Positions 1 through 9,084 of a stretch of 64,000 nt of DNA are shown here, piece by piece. The stretch's first letter is position 1, and every line of letters begins with the position of its first letter. The stretch lies in assembly GCA_965198115.1 (NCBI GenBank), contig OZ240241.1, positions 6,976,001 to 7,040,000 on the forward strand, in the 5' to 3' direction. Source of the DNA: Candidatus Latescibacterota bacterium. GTDB lineage: Bacteria; Latescibacterota; UBA2968. The notes under the pieces are model-generated. The model saw nothing but the letters and a program-made list of their open reading frames with translations, did not search any database and was not told the DNA's origin. The translations under genes and the position numbers were made by a program.

Positions 1-1619
1 GCCTCGCTCTGCCGGCTGCTGTCGCGTCTAGCTACCGCCTCGAAGACTTCGCTCGCGAGACCGTAGTGTCGATGGTGAAACAAGTATCGACCTACTTTGT
101 GGGCGGAAGCCACGCTGGAGCCGGCAAGGTCCGACAGCAAGAGCAGCATAGGTTCGTCTACGGGCGAGGTGGTGGCGAACGCCTGAACGAAAGTGAGTCG
201 TTTTTCTGCCTCGTGGGCTTGATCGCCGTCCGGGAATCGTTCCAGAAAAAGCTGGTATTCACGTGTGGCTGCTTCTCGCCTGCCACCGCGTTCGTGTGTG
301 AAGGCGAGAGCGAACTGAGCGCTTGCTGCGAGAGGACGGTGTTCGTGGACGACGAGTGGCTTGAGTTGAGCGACGGCGCGGTCGTACCACCCCAGATCAT
401 CACGGTAGAGTTCACCAACGGCCAGCCGGATTCGGCTCCGGACTATTGAAGGGTCGTTCTGCTCGAGTCCATCTTCGTAGGCGGCCAGTGCCTTCCGTGC
501 GTCTCCCACCTTCCGCCAAACGTTGCCCAGATCCAGGTAGGATTCGTGCGATAGTAGGTGGTCTGGAAACTGATCCTGAAGAAGCGAAAAGGCCTCGGTG
601 GCTTCACGGTATCGTTTCTGATCGGCAAACGCGCGGCCCAGGCCCAGACGGGCTTCGGCCAGGAACGGACTCTTCGGATAGGCCCTCAGAAATTCGGCGT
701 AGAGCGGAAGGGCGTCACCCCCCGACTTCCGCATTGACTCGGCCAGGCCGAGCACCGCGCGCTGACGGCGCTCGTTCCTTGGGAGGGCACGCCTGGCCTG
801 CTGGTAGATTTCGACAGCACGTTTCCATCGCTCGTGCTCGGTGAACCACGCCGCCGTGACCAGGTAGGATTGTTCAGCCGCACGGCTTTTCGGGAACCGC
901 CTTCGCAGATCGGCGAACACGACCTCTGCACGCTCGAGGTCCCCATCGCCCAGCGCCACCCGACCGATTTCGAGCCGCGCATCGGATTCTCGTTCGGAGG
1001 ATTCGATGGATTCGAAACGGGCAAGCGCTTCCTGCGTACGACCGGCACGGAGGAGAACAAGACCGAGCGCGTAGCTCGCTTCGCTGACGAGCGGCGAGCT
1101 TGCGTGGCGAGTGATGAGCTCCTTGAAGGCCGACTCGGCCTCCGTCGTCATTTTTGCGCGGTTGTAGTTTATCCCTGCGGACAGCAGATCCTGAGCGGCG
1201 TACTCTCCCGCTTGAAACCTGTTGTGAAGCTCTTGGAAGGCCGCCCCCGCACGAGCGTGCTCACCCGATCGTTCTAGGGATCTGGCCCGGTTCCGCATGG
1301 CTCCAGCAACCTCGAGGTGTTCGGGATGGCGATCGATGAACGATTCGAAAGCTTCGACCGCGGACACCCACTCCTGGGCGAGGTAGTGAGCATCGGCAAG
1401 CCGGAACCGAGCCTGTGCGATTCTCTCGCTGGTGGGGTAGTTGAGGATGAAGCGTCGGAATTCCTGGGCGGCCGTGCTATACAGTTCGTCCGAAAAGAGG
1501 CGCTGAGCGTATTCAAAAGCCTCCCGCTCATCCTGCAGGGCCTGAGCGAAGACGAGTGATTTGGGACCGGCCAGGAGAACGGCCAAAATGGCCGAAAAAT
1601 GAATGAGACGATGTAGGAT
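1..1619 (-). CDS. Secreted tetratricopeptide-repeat protein (BamD/CpoB-like TPRs), 3'-truncated by window edge
   Basis: Not in the ORF track. Manual minus-strand translation is open from 1619 to position 1: ILHRLIHFSAILAVLLAGPKSLVFA|QALQDEREAFEYAQRLFSDELYSTAAQEFRRFILNYPTSERIAQARFRLADAHY... with repeated 'A..F..yP.S....A...LG' TPR units. Start uncertain (ATC 1619 after a GAGGT SD, or TTG 1586). Confidence 0.85.
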   Translation of the reverse strand, partial: MLHRLIHFSAILAVLLAGPKSLVFAQALQDEREAFEYAQRLFSDELYSTAAQEFRRFILNYPTSERIAQARFRLADAHYLAQEWVSAVEAFESFIDRHPEHLEVAGAMRNRARSLERSGEHARAGAAFQELHNRFQAGEYAAQDLLSAGINYNRAKMTTEAESAFKELITRHASSPLVSEASYALGLVLLRAGRTQEALARFESIESSERESDARLEIGRVALGDGDLERAEVVFADLRRRFPKSRAAEQSYLVTAAWFTEHERWKRAVEIYQQARRALPRNERRQRAVLGLAESMRKSGGDALPLYAEFLRAYPKSPFLAEARLGLGRAFADQKRYREATEAFSLLQDQFPDHLLSHESYLDLGNVWRKVGDARKALAAYEDGLEQNDPSIVRSRIRLAVGELYRDDLGWYDRAVAQLKPLVVHEHRPLAASAQFALAFTHERGGRREAATREYQLFLERFPDGDQAHEAEKRLTFVQAFATTSPVDEPMLLLLSDLAGSSVASAHKVGRYLFHHRHYGLASEVFEAVARRDSSRQSE

Positions 1620-1751
1620 GACAACCTACCTCGGGGCAGCACTGCCTTGTTTAAGTTAGGGCTGTGAGCGAATTTAAAGTATATTTCGATGCCAGTCAAT
1701 TCGAATGCCAACCCCCATATGCGAGTGGTCACGATCTGCAACTTTGGCAGT

Positions 1752-2639
1752 ATGGATTCGGTTACTCTATCATCATATGCAAAACTCAACCTCGGCTTGA
1801 AGATAACGGGACCCCGCCGGGACGGATATCACAATATCCGATCTCTTTTTCAAGAGGTTGACCTCGCAGACACGCTCTCCTTCGAGTGTTTGGACGAAGA
1901 TAGGGTGGAAATCGCGTGCCCCACCCCGGGCGTGCCCACGGACGGACGAAATCTGACTTCTCGTGCCGCAAAACTGCTCAAAATCGAATTCAAAGTCACA
2001 CACGGGGTTCGCATCGGAATTCAAAAGCGAATCCCAGTCGGTGGTGGTATGGGAGGGGGAAGCGCAAACGCCGCCACCACGCTCATTGCCCTACAGCGTC
2101 TGTGGGGGTTGAGGGTCGACGATCGGCATCTACAAGCGATGGCCCTGTCCCTTGGCTCCGATGTCCCCTTCTTCCTGACCGGGGGGGCGTCACTCGTTTC
2201 GGGGCGTGGGGAGCGCATCGAGCCTGTCGCTGGGATCGCGGAAGTCAGCTTCGTAGCGGTCGATCCGGGATTTTCAGTCAGCACGTCGTGGGCCTTTGCA
2301 AATGTGGAATTCGCCTTGACAGAAGGTACCCGTTATATTAGTTTCTTGAATTCTGTGAAGGCCTCTGGTCGCGTCGACGCACAGGGGCTGTTTCGCTGCT
2401 CAACAAACGACTTTTTGCCCGTCGTTTTAGCAAAATTTCCCGCCGCAAAGGCCGTTATCCGGCAGCTGGCTGAGGCGGGATCTTTGTATTCTGACGTGAC
2501 GGGTAGCGGGTCGGTCTTCTTCGGCTGTTTTCGAGATCCGGATGCAGCGGTGTCCGCCGCCAGCCGACTACGGTCAGCCGGGTATCGTGCCTGGCCGTGC
2601 CAACCCCGATCCCTCGTTGGGTGCTGCCGGGTCGTCTAA
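1752..2639 (+). CDS. ispE: 4-diphosphocytidyl-2-C-methyl-D-erythritol kinase
   Basis: AKLNLGLKI..R.DGYHNI, KRIPVGGGMGGGSANAA, LGSDVPFF and TGSGS GHMP-kinase motifs. ATG 1752 chosen over 1689 by family length. Confidence 0.95.
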   Translation: MDSVTLSSYAKLNLGLKITGPRRDGYHNIRSLFQEVDLADTLSFECLDEDRVEIACPTPGVPTDGRNLTSRAAKLLKIEFKVTHGVRIGIQKRIPVGGGMGGGSANAATTLIALQRLWGLRVDDRHLQAMALSLGSDVPFFLTGGASLVSGRGERIEPVAGIAEVSFVAVDPGFSVSTSWAFANVEFALTEGTRYISFLNSVKASGRVDAQGLFRCSTNDFLPVVLAKFPAAKAVIRQLAEAGSLYSDVTGSGSVFFGCFRDPDAAVSAASRLRSAGYRAWPCQPRSLVGCCRVV

Positions 2640-2698
2640 GGGTAAGACAGCGGCCTTTGGAGCCGCTTATCGGGGTTCGAATCCCTGCCCGGCAGCCA
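2625..2698 (+). tRNA. tRNA-Gln (anticodon TTG)
   Basis: Acceptor TGCCGGG/CCCGGCA followed by G-CCA; anticodon arm GCGGC-CTTTGGA-GCCGC; T loop GGTTCGAATCC. Canonical position after ispE. Confidence 0.95.
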
Positions 2699-2745
2699 CT
2701 CTTCCGTCGTGAGGCCCGTGCACCGGGCAAAAAGGGAGTGTCGCG

Positions 2746-3429
2746 ATGTCTGAAACCGCCGTCCTTCAGGCTGCAGAACGCACAGAAGCCGGGAAGGGCT
2801 ACTCGAAGCGTCTTCGAGGGAGTGGTCGTATTCCGGCTGTCGTGTACGGGCCGGAGATCCAGCCGGCCAACTGCTCTATCGACCAGCGTGATTTTCATTC
2901 GATTGTGAGTGAGCACGGCCGCAATGCGATCATTACCCTCCAGATTGCCGGGAGCCAGAACGGTTCCCATTCGACCATTATCAAGGAGGTGCAGCACAAT
3001 CCTCTTTCAGGTCAGGTGCTCCACGTCGACTTCCATCGCATTTCGCTTACCGAGCGTATCGTCGTAGAAGTGCCTGTCATCAGCGAGGGTACCCCGCTGG
3101 GCGTTAGAAACGACGGCGGCATCCTGGAGCAATTGCTGCACGAGATCGAGGTGGAATGTCTCCCGACAGAAATTCCCGATGCCGTTTCGTTCGATGTTTC
3201 TGACCTCGTGATTGGGGACAGTGTTCACATCTCCGATCTTTCTCCCCCCCCGGGCAATGCGGAGTTTGTGACCGACGGCGATCGATCGGTGTTCGTGCTC
3301 GTCCCACCGACCGTCCGTCAGGTGGATGAAGAAGAGGAAGAGGAACTGGTCGAAGAAGAAGAGGAGATGCAAGAGCCCGAGGTTATCGAACGCGGGAAGC
3401 GGGATGACGAAGAGGAGGAAGACGAATAG
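2746..3429 (+). CDS. rplY: 50S ribosomal protein L25/general stress protein Ctc
   Basis: GKGYSKRLRGSGRIPAVVYG, EVQHNP..HVDF, GGILEQ; acidic C-terminal tail. Confidence 0.95.
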   Translation: MSETAVLQAAERTEAGKGYSKRLRGSGRIPAVVYGPEIQPANCSIDQRDFHSIVSEHGRNAIITLQIAGSQNGSHSTIIKEVQHNPLSGQVLHVDFHRISLTERIVVEVPVISEGTPLGVRNDGGILEQLLHEIEVECLPTEIPDAVSFDVSDLVIGDSVHISDLSPPPGNAEFVTDGDRSVFVLVPPTVRQVDEEEEEELVEEEEEMQEPEVIERGKRDDEEEEDE

Positions 3430-3449
3430 CGCGGTCGGCCTGGCGTATC

Positions 3450-4034
3450 GTGGTCGGAATCGGCAACCCAGGACGGCGATACAGTCATACGCGCCACAAT
3501 GTCGGATTCGAGGTAATCGATCGGTTGTCAGAAATCGGATCGCGGACGGCTTCGGTTACCTACGTTGCATCCGTTCGTCGGTTTTCGTGGTGCAAACTGG
3601 TCGCAGCCAAACCGACGACGTTCGTGAACGACACGGGGGATGCCGTCGTCGATCTGCTGAACCGATTCGGGGTAGGACTTAAGGAGATTTTGGTCGTCGT
3701 CGACGATGTGCATCTCGACGTGGGTCGTCTCAGGCTGCGACGAAGCGGGTCCGATGGCGGCCACAACGGTCTTAAATCCATCATCGCGTCGACAGGTAGC
3801 CGGGAGTTCGCCCGCCTGAGGTTCGGCGTCGGACCAGCCCCTACCGGTGGAACGATGATCGAGCACGTGCTTGGGCCCTTCGCTTCCGAAGAAGATCGAG
3901 TTCTGGTGGAAAGAGCGACCTCACGCGCGGCCACAGCCGCCATCGGGTGGTCGCGGGATGGAATTGAAAGGACAATGAATCTGGTGAACAGCATCGACGA
4001 CGCCCAGCCAGGCCAGTTTGGGGACAGGGCGTAA
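3450..4034 (+). CDS. pth: Peptidyl-tRNA hydrolase
   Basis: VGIGNPG..Y..TRHNVGF, KPTTFVN, DD, GGHNGLKSI. True start may be ATA 3426. Confidence 0.95.
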   Translation: MVGIGNPGRRYSHTRHNVGFEVIDRLSEIGSRTASVTYVASVRRFSWCKLVAAKPTTFVNDTGDAVVDLLNRFGVGLKEILVVVDDVHLDVGRLRLRRSGSDGGHNGLKSIIASTGSREFARLRFGVGPAPTGGTMIEHVLGPFASEEDRVLVERATSRAATAAIGWSRDGIERTMNLVNSIDDAQPGQFGDRA

Positions 4035-4154
4035 ATGATGGGTCCCTCAGTGGGGAATATTCGGCCTCGCATTCGCGGGGCTTATCTCTGGATAGATAGC
4101 GTGTCCCACAACAGGTCTCCAGTCGAGGCCTGAGAAGGAGGTTCGCCGCACACA

Positions 4155-6437
4155 ATGGAAGGTCACATTGAGCTACCCCCGCTAGGGCAATCCGAACTCA
4201 CGTTGCTATGGGCGGTTCTCGCCTCTGCTTTTGTGGCCCTGGCATATGGGTGGTATCTGGTTCGCAAAGTACTGAGAGAAGACCCGGGCACTCCCAAAAT
4301 GCAAGAGATCGCCCTCGCAATCGAGGAAGGGGCAATGGCTTATCTGGGCCGTCAGGTGAGGACGATGATCTGGTTCGTCATTCTCATTACGATCGGCCTT
4401 TATTTGATGTATCAAAGCCTTCCTGACCAATATCCCCATCCGTTGCCGATCGGTGTGGCCGTGGCCTTCCTGATGGGGGTCATGGCCTCGTATGGCGCCG
4501 GCTATGTGGGCATGTGGCTCGCGGTAAAAGCGAATCTTCGAGCGGCAAACGCGGCGCTCAAGGGTTTTAAGCCGGCCCTGGAACTGGCCTTCCGAGCAGG
4601 AACCGTGTCGGGCATGTTCACGGTGGGATTCGGCCTCCTCGGCGCCGTGCTGATTTTCATGATTTTCCGAGAAGAGGCCATGAAAGTACTCGTCGGCTTC
4701 GGCTTTGGTGGGTCGCTGGCCGCTCTCTTTATGCGGGTGGGCGGAGGGATCTTCACGAAAGCGGCCGACATCGGCGCCGACCTGGTTGGCAAGGTCGAGC
4801 AAAACATCCCGGAGGACGATCCACGCAACGCTGCGGTGATTGCCGACAACGTTGGTGACAATGTGGGCGACTGCGCGGGTATGGCCGCCGATGTTTTCGA
4901 GTCTTACGAGGTCACACTCGTCGCGGCGATCATTCTTGCTGCGGTGCTGACAGTCGCTCCCGATTTCAGGGAGATCTATGGCGACGCGTCTTCTGCCTTC
5001 GCGTTGAAACTGATCATTTTTCCCCTGCTCATCAGGGCGCTCGGGGTGTTCTCCTCGATCATCGGTACGTGGGCGGTCCGGGCCAAAGAGGAGTCGCTTG
5101 CGGACCCGATGCGGCCGATCAGCATCGGCTACTGGACAGCTTCCCTGGTATCAGTCGTCGGGTTCGCGATCATCAACTACTGGTACGTGCTCGATCCGAT
5201 TACGGGCCAACCCGATTTCCGATTCTTCTGGGCGACGACGATGGGGATCGTGCTCGCGCTCGTGACTCTCTGGTTGACGAACCACTTTACGCATCCTGAT
5301 CTCAAACCGACGACGGAAACGGCCGTTGCTTCGAGGACCGGGCCGGCAACTTTGCTGCTGGCCGGCATGGCCGAGGGCCTGGAGTCCACGGTTTGGGCGG
5401 CTTTAACGATCGGGCTGACGATCATTTCGTCCCTCATCATCTTTCCCGATAGCCCTGCTCTGGCAGCGTATGGAATCGCGTTGACGGGCCTTGGATTGTT
5501 GACTACGACAGGCTTCATTCTCGCCATGGATACCTACGGTCCGATTACTGACAATGCCCACGGCATCTTCGAGTACTCGGGTATAACCGAAGAGCACGAG
5601 GCCAGTCGCAACCTCGCGTGGATGGATGCGATCGGAAACACGACAAAAGCATTGACGAAGGGGCTTGCGATCGCGACGGCTGTGATCGCAGCAATCTCAC
5701 TCTTTACTTCATTCATCGATGCAACGGGGCTTGTCCAGACCGGTATCCAGGTCAACCTGCCCGAAGTCTTTGTCGGGCTTCTGATCGGGGGCGCGGTTCC
5801 GTTCCTGTTTTCTTCGTTCGCCATCAAGGCGGTCGGTCGCGCCGCCTTCCTGGTCGTCGAGGAGGTCCGCCGTCAGTTCAGAGAACATCCCGGGATCATG
5901 ACTGGGGATGAAAAGCCGGAGTACGCAAACTGTGTTTCGATCGTGACCTCTGCCGCACAGAAAGAGCTGCTGGGGCCGGGCATCCTGGCGATCGCGACTC
6001 CGATCCTTGTCGGGTTCAGTCTTGGCCCCGGTGCGCTTGGAGGCTACCTGGCGGGGTCGATCCTGACCGGTCAGCTCCTAGCAGGCTTTATGTGCAACAC
6101 GGGGGCGACGTGGGACAACGCAAAGAAGAAGATCGAAGATGGATTCATGGGTGGCAAAGGGTCAGAAGCGCACATGGCCGGTATCATTGGCGACACGGTG
6201 GGGGACCCGTATAAGGACACAGCCGGCCCTGCGTTCAACCCGTTGATCAAGGTGATGAATTTGGTCGGTCTGCTTGTGGCTCCATTCATAGTTCACGTGA
6301 GTCTTCACGAGATATCGATCAGTCGAATCGTGATCGTCGTGCTCTGTCTGGTGACGCTAACGATCGGTGTCATCTTCAGCAAGCGCGGCTCGCTGGTCGA
6401 CATGGGTGTCGAAGAGTCTGCCGAAGCAGCGGACTGA
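4155..6437 (+). CDS. hppA: Membrane proton-translocating pyrophosphatase, predicted K+-independent
   Basis: GGGIFTKAADIGADLVGKVE, EDDPRN, DNVGDNVGD, GDTVGDPYKDT; GNTTKA carries Lys at the K+-dependence position. Confidence 0.95.
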   Translation: MEGHIELPPLGQSELTLLWAVLASAFVALAYGWYLVRKVLREDPGTPKMQEIALAIEEGAMAYLGRQVRTMIWFVILITIGLYLMYQSLPDQYPHPLPIGVAVAFLMGVMASYGAGYVGMWLAVKANLRAANAALKGFKPALELAFRAGTVSGMFTVGFGLLGAVLIFMIFREEAMKVLVGFGFGGSLAALFMRVGGGIFTKAADIGADLVGKVEQNIPEDDPRNAAVIADNVGDNVGDCAGMAADVFESYEVTLVAAIILAAVLTVAPDFREIYGDASSAFALKLIIFPLLIRALGVFSSIIGTWAVRAKEESLADPMRPISIGYWTASLVSVVGFAIINYWYVLDPITGQPDFRFFWATTMGIVLALVTLWLTNHFTHPDLKPTTETAVASRTGPATLLLAGMAEGLESTVWAALTIGLTIISSLIIFPDSPALAAYGIALTGLGLLTTTGFILAMDTYGPITDNAHGIFEYSGITEEHEASRNLAWMDAIGNTTKALTKGLAIATAVIAAISLFTSFIDATGLVQTGIQVNLPEVFVGLLIGGAVPFLFSSFAIKAVGRAAFLVVEEVRRQFREHPGIMTGDEKPEYANCVSIVTSAAQKELLGPGILAIATPILVGFSLGPGALGGYLAGSILTGQLLAGFMCNTGATWDNAKKKIEDGFMGGKGSEAHMAGIIGDTVGDPYKDTAGPAFNPLIKVMNLVGLLVAPFIVHVSLHEISISRIVIVVLCLVTLTIGVIFSKRGSLVDMGVEESAEAAD

Positions 6438-6442
6438 TCCAA

Positions 6443-6487
6443 CTTTCCCGCCCGGTTTCGTGCCGGGCCGTCAAGTCCAAGGGGAGG
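6443..6487 (+). promoter_or_regulatory. Putative S6:S18 autoregulatory leader
   Basis: CTTTCCC (6443-49) can pair with the SD GGGGAGG (6481-87); inner hairpin CCCGG..CCGGG followed by CCG, directly upstream of rpsF. Confidence 0.55.
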
Positions 6488-6491
6488 CAAA

Positions 6492-6848
6492 GTGGCTCGA
6501 GACTATGAGTTGACGATGATCGTCGATTCGCAGCTCGGTGACGAAGGTGTGACTCAGACGGTCGAGCAATACAAGACCTACCTGGCCGAACACGACGTTA
6601 CCGAGGTCGGCGTAGATCGACGGGGCGTGCGGAAGCTCGCCTACGAAATCAAGAAGCACGCACAAGCGGACTTCACTTTTATGCAGTTCGCCGCCGAATC
6701 CGATGTCGTGTCGGAAATGGACCGGCAGCTTCGGCTCGACCAGAGTGTTCTGCGGCACCTCTTCGTTCGCATCGAGGGCCTCGAACTCCCGGAAGAGGAA
6801 GTCGAGGCCGAGGAAACAGTGGTCGAAACGACGGAGGAGACAGCGTGA
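6492..6848 (+). CDS. rpsF: 30S ribosomal protein S6
   Basis: [23 protein letters not shown]; strong SD. Confidence 0.95.
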   Translation: MARDYELTMIVDSQLGDEGVTQTVEQYKTYLAEHDVTEVGVDRRGVRKLAYEIKKHAQADFTFMQFAAESDVVSEMDRQLRLDQSVLRHLFVRIEGLELPEEEVEAEETVVETTEETA

Positions 6849-7072
6849 ACACGAGGGGTCGTATCAAGGTCTGTCGCTTCTGCGAAGACAAAGCGCTGAA
6901 GATCGACTACAAAGATGAGCGGATGCTTCGACGTTTCGTGACAGAGCGGGGCAAGGTCATCCCCCGCAGGATGTCCGGGACTTGTGCGCGACATCAACGG
7001 AATCTCGTGACGGCGATCAAGCGTGCCAGAAACATCGCAATTCTGCCCTGTGCCGCAGAGACTGTCCGCTAA
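6845..7072 (+). CDS. rpsR: 30S ribosomal protein S18 (Zn-binding form)
   Basis: [28 protein letters not shown]...AIKRAR. Confidence 0.95.
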   Translation: MNTRGRIKVCRFCEDKALKIDYKDERMLRRFVTERGKVIPRRMSGTCARHQRNLVTAIKRARNIAILPCAAETVR

Positions 7073-7088
7073 TCACAGAGAACCGACG

Positions 7089-7532
7089 ATGAAAATCATT
7101 CTTACGCAGGATCTCGAAAACCTCGGTGCCGCAGGCGACGTCGTGGATGTCAAACCCGGATTCGCGAGGAACTTTCTTCTCCCTCGCCAGATGGGACTCG
7201 TGGCGAATAAAGGAAACCAGGCTCTGTTCGAGGAAGTCAGGAATCGGCGGAGCGCTCAGCTGGTCCGCGAGCAGCGAGAGGCAGAACAGAAGGCCGAGGC
7301 ATTGAGTAAAGCTTCGGTCAACATTGCCGTCGCGGTAGGCGATGAGGACCGGATCTTCGGATCGGTGACATCACAGCAGATTGCCGACCTGTTGAACGAG
7401 CAAGGTCTCAAGGTCGATCGTCGTACGATCCAGCTCGACGAGCCGATTCGAGCGCTGGGCGTTTACGACGTTCCGGTCAAACTTCACGCCGAGGTCGAAG
7501 CCAAAGTGAAAGTGTGGGTTGTGAAGGAGTAA
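7089..7532 (+). CDS. rplI: 50S ribosomal protein L9
   Basis: MKIILTQDLENLG..GDVVDVKPGFARNFLLP, IFGSVT, IRALG.Y.V.VKLH. Confidence 0.95.
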   Translation: MKIILTQDLENLGAAGDVVDVKPGFARNFLLPRQMGLVANKGNQALFEEVRNRRSAQLVREQREAEQKAEALSKASVNIAVAVGDEDRIFGSVTSQQIADLLNEQGLKVDRRTIQLDEPIRALGVYDVPVKLHAEVEAKVKVWVVKE

Positions 7533-7556
7533 GCGCTCCTGCGATGGCGTATACGA

Positions 7557-7587
7557 ATGGGGCCGCGGCAACAACCGCGGGCCCATT
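7557..7587. terminator. Hairpin after rplI
   Basis: AATGGGGCCGCGG...CCGCGGGCCCATT inverted repeat between convergent genes; weak U-tract. Confidence 0.45.
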
Positions 7588-7731
7588 CCACTTGTGTGTC
7601 TTGAAGAAAAGAGAAGCGTGAGTCAGGATTTTGTGTCTCCAGGGTCGAATAACGACCGACGGTCGGCCGTCGATCTTTCCTACACGGAACGATTCGAGGT
7701 TGCACAGCCGAATCGAGTCCGAGACTGAAAG

Positions 7732-7987
7732 TCAGCGTCGACGTTTGAAGACGGAGACGACGACCTCCCCCTTGATGGGATAGGAGCCAGCAAGTTCCCA
7801 TCCCTCTCTTCCAAGGCTGTTGAAGCGGCCGAGGTCGCTCCCCTTCGCGAAGATACTGGCTGTGGTTGATGACCTTGTACTCCCACCTGGCCGTATTTGC
7901 TCCCGATTGTCCGTCAATGGGAGTTTGCGCCACGAGGAGCCCGACGAGGGCGAGCCCGATGGCTAACACGAGGTATCTTCGTTTCAT
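7732..7987 (-). pseudogene. Small secreted DUF4177-like protein, frameshifted near 7860 as sequenced
   Basis: Signal peptide plus WEYKVIN in one frame; IFAKGSDLGRFNSLGREGWELAG...VFKRRR* in another. Removing one base joins them into the typical WEYK...LG.EGWEL...FKR pattern. Confidence 0.7.
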
Positions 7988-8000
7988 CGATCCTTCCTTC

Positions 8001-8954
8001 TCAAAGGTCGGCGGCGAGACGGAATCCGAGGTTGCCGGTCGAGCTATCTGGGGTGTTTGCGCTGCGGGCGGCGACGCGGTAACGATTGCAGTACGAGTCG
8101 TGACACAGGTAAGACCCGCCCCTCATCGCGCGGGCATCCCCTCGGTCGGGTCCTCGCGGGTCACGCGGATCACTCTCTTTATGGTAAGCTGGCGAGAACC
8201 AATCTTCGCACCATTCCCAGACATTCCCCGATACATTATTTAAACCGTAATCGTTGGATTGGAAGGCATCGACGGGTGAGGTTCCAATATATCCGTCCGA
8301 CTCCGTATTCGAGTCTGGGAAGCTTCCTTGCCAGATATTGCACCGATGCTTCCCGCCCGGGGTGAGTTCGTCACCCCAGGGATAGGTGCACCCCTCCAAT
8401 CCTCCACGGGCCGCGAATTCCCATTCTCCCTCTGTTGGCAACCTCCCAGCGGCCCATTCACAATAGGCTCTCGCATCATTCCACGAGATATGGACGACCG
8501 GGTGGGCCCCGCGACCGTTAAGTCCGCTGGTCGGGCCCTCGGGCCGCTCCCAGTATGCGCCTTCGACAGGCCACCACCACGGGGTGATTTCGACCACTCG
8601 GTCGATTCGGGCGGCCGTGTCTGGGGAGACGAAGAGATGGAATACGAACGACCAGCCGAATAGCTCGGCCTCCGTCTTGTAGCCTGTTACCCGCACGAAC
8701 CTTGAAAACTCGGCATTCGTCACGGCGTGGGCGCTGATACGGAAAGGTGATACGGCAACTTCACGTGCCGGACCCTCACCATCATCGGGAAAACCCTCCG
8801 CATCGTCTGTTCCCATGAGAAAACTGCCGCCCTCCAGTTCCAACAAATCCTTGACCTGCCTCCCGCGAGAAACACCCTTCTTTCGAGAGCGTTTCGGACG
8901 CTGGGAGGGGCGCCTATCGTTGAGTCTTTGTGGACTGCAGCAGGCTGATTTCAT
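8001..8954 (-). CDS. Formylglycine-generating enzyme (sulfatase-modifying factor 1 family)
   Basis: RLPTEGEWEFAARGG, GNVWEW, RGGSYLCHDSYCNRYRVAAR (both catalytic Cys), NLGFR. Confidence 0.92.
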   Translation of the reverse strand: MKSACCSPQRLNDRRPSQRPKRSRKKGVSRGRQVKDLLELEGGSFLMGTDDAEGFPDDGEGPAREVAVSPFRISAHAVTNAEFSRFVRVTGYKTEAELFGWSFVFHLFVSPDTAARIDRVVEITPWWWPVEGAYWERPEGPTSGLNGRGAHPVVHISWNDARAYCEWAAGRLPTEGEWEFAARGGLEGCTYPWGDELTPGGKHRCNIWQGSFPDSNTESDGYIGTSPVDAFQSNDYGLNNVSGNVWEWCEDWFSPAYHKESDPRDPRGPDRGDARAMRGGSYLCHDSYCNRYRVAARSANTPDSSTGNLGFRLAADL

Positions 8955-8999
8955 TTCCTCAACCCGTGATTCTGAGGTTATAGCTCAATAAGCAGGCGA

Positions 9000-9028
9000 A
9001 TGATAACCGGGCCCCAAGGACGTGTCAA
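9000..9028 (-). promoter_or_regulatory. Sigma70-type promoter for the FGE gene
   Basis: Minus strand TTGACA (9028-9023), 17 nt, TATCAT (9005-9000). Confidence 0.65.
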
Positions 9029-9084
9029 GAATCCGGCCGGAAGCTGATATACTAGGAGCGAGGTGATCGGAACGTGTTCGAAGG

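Noticed and set aside
66-1789. Short ORF-track calls on both strands at the window start
   Set aside because: They are shadows of the single minus-strand TPR reading frame, which the track missed because it has no stop inside the window.
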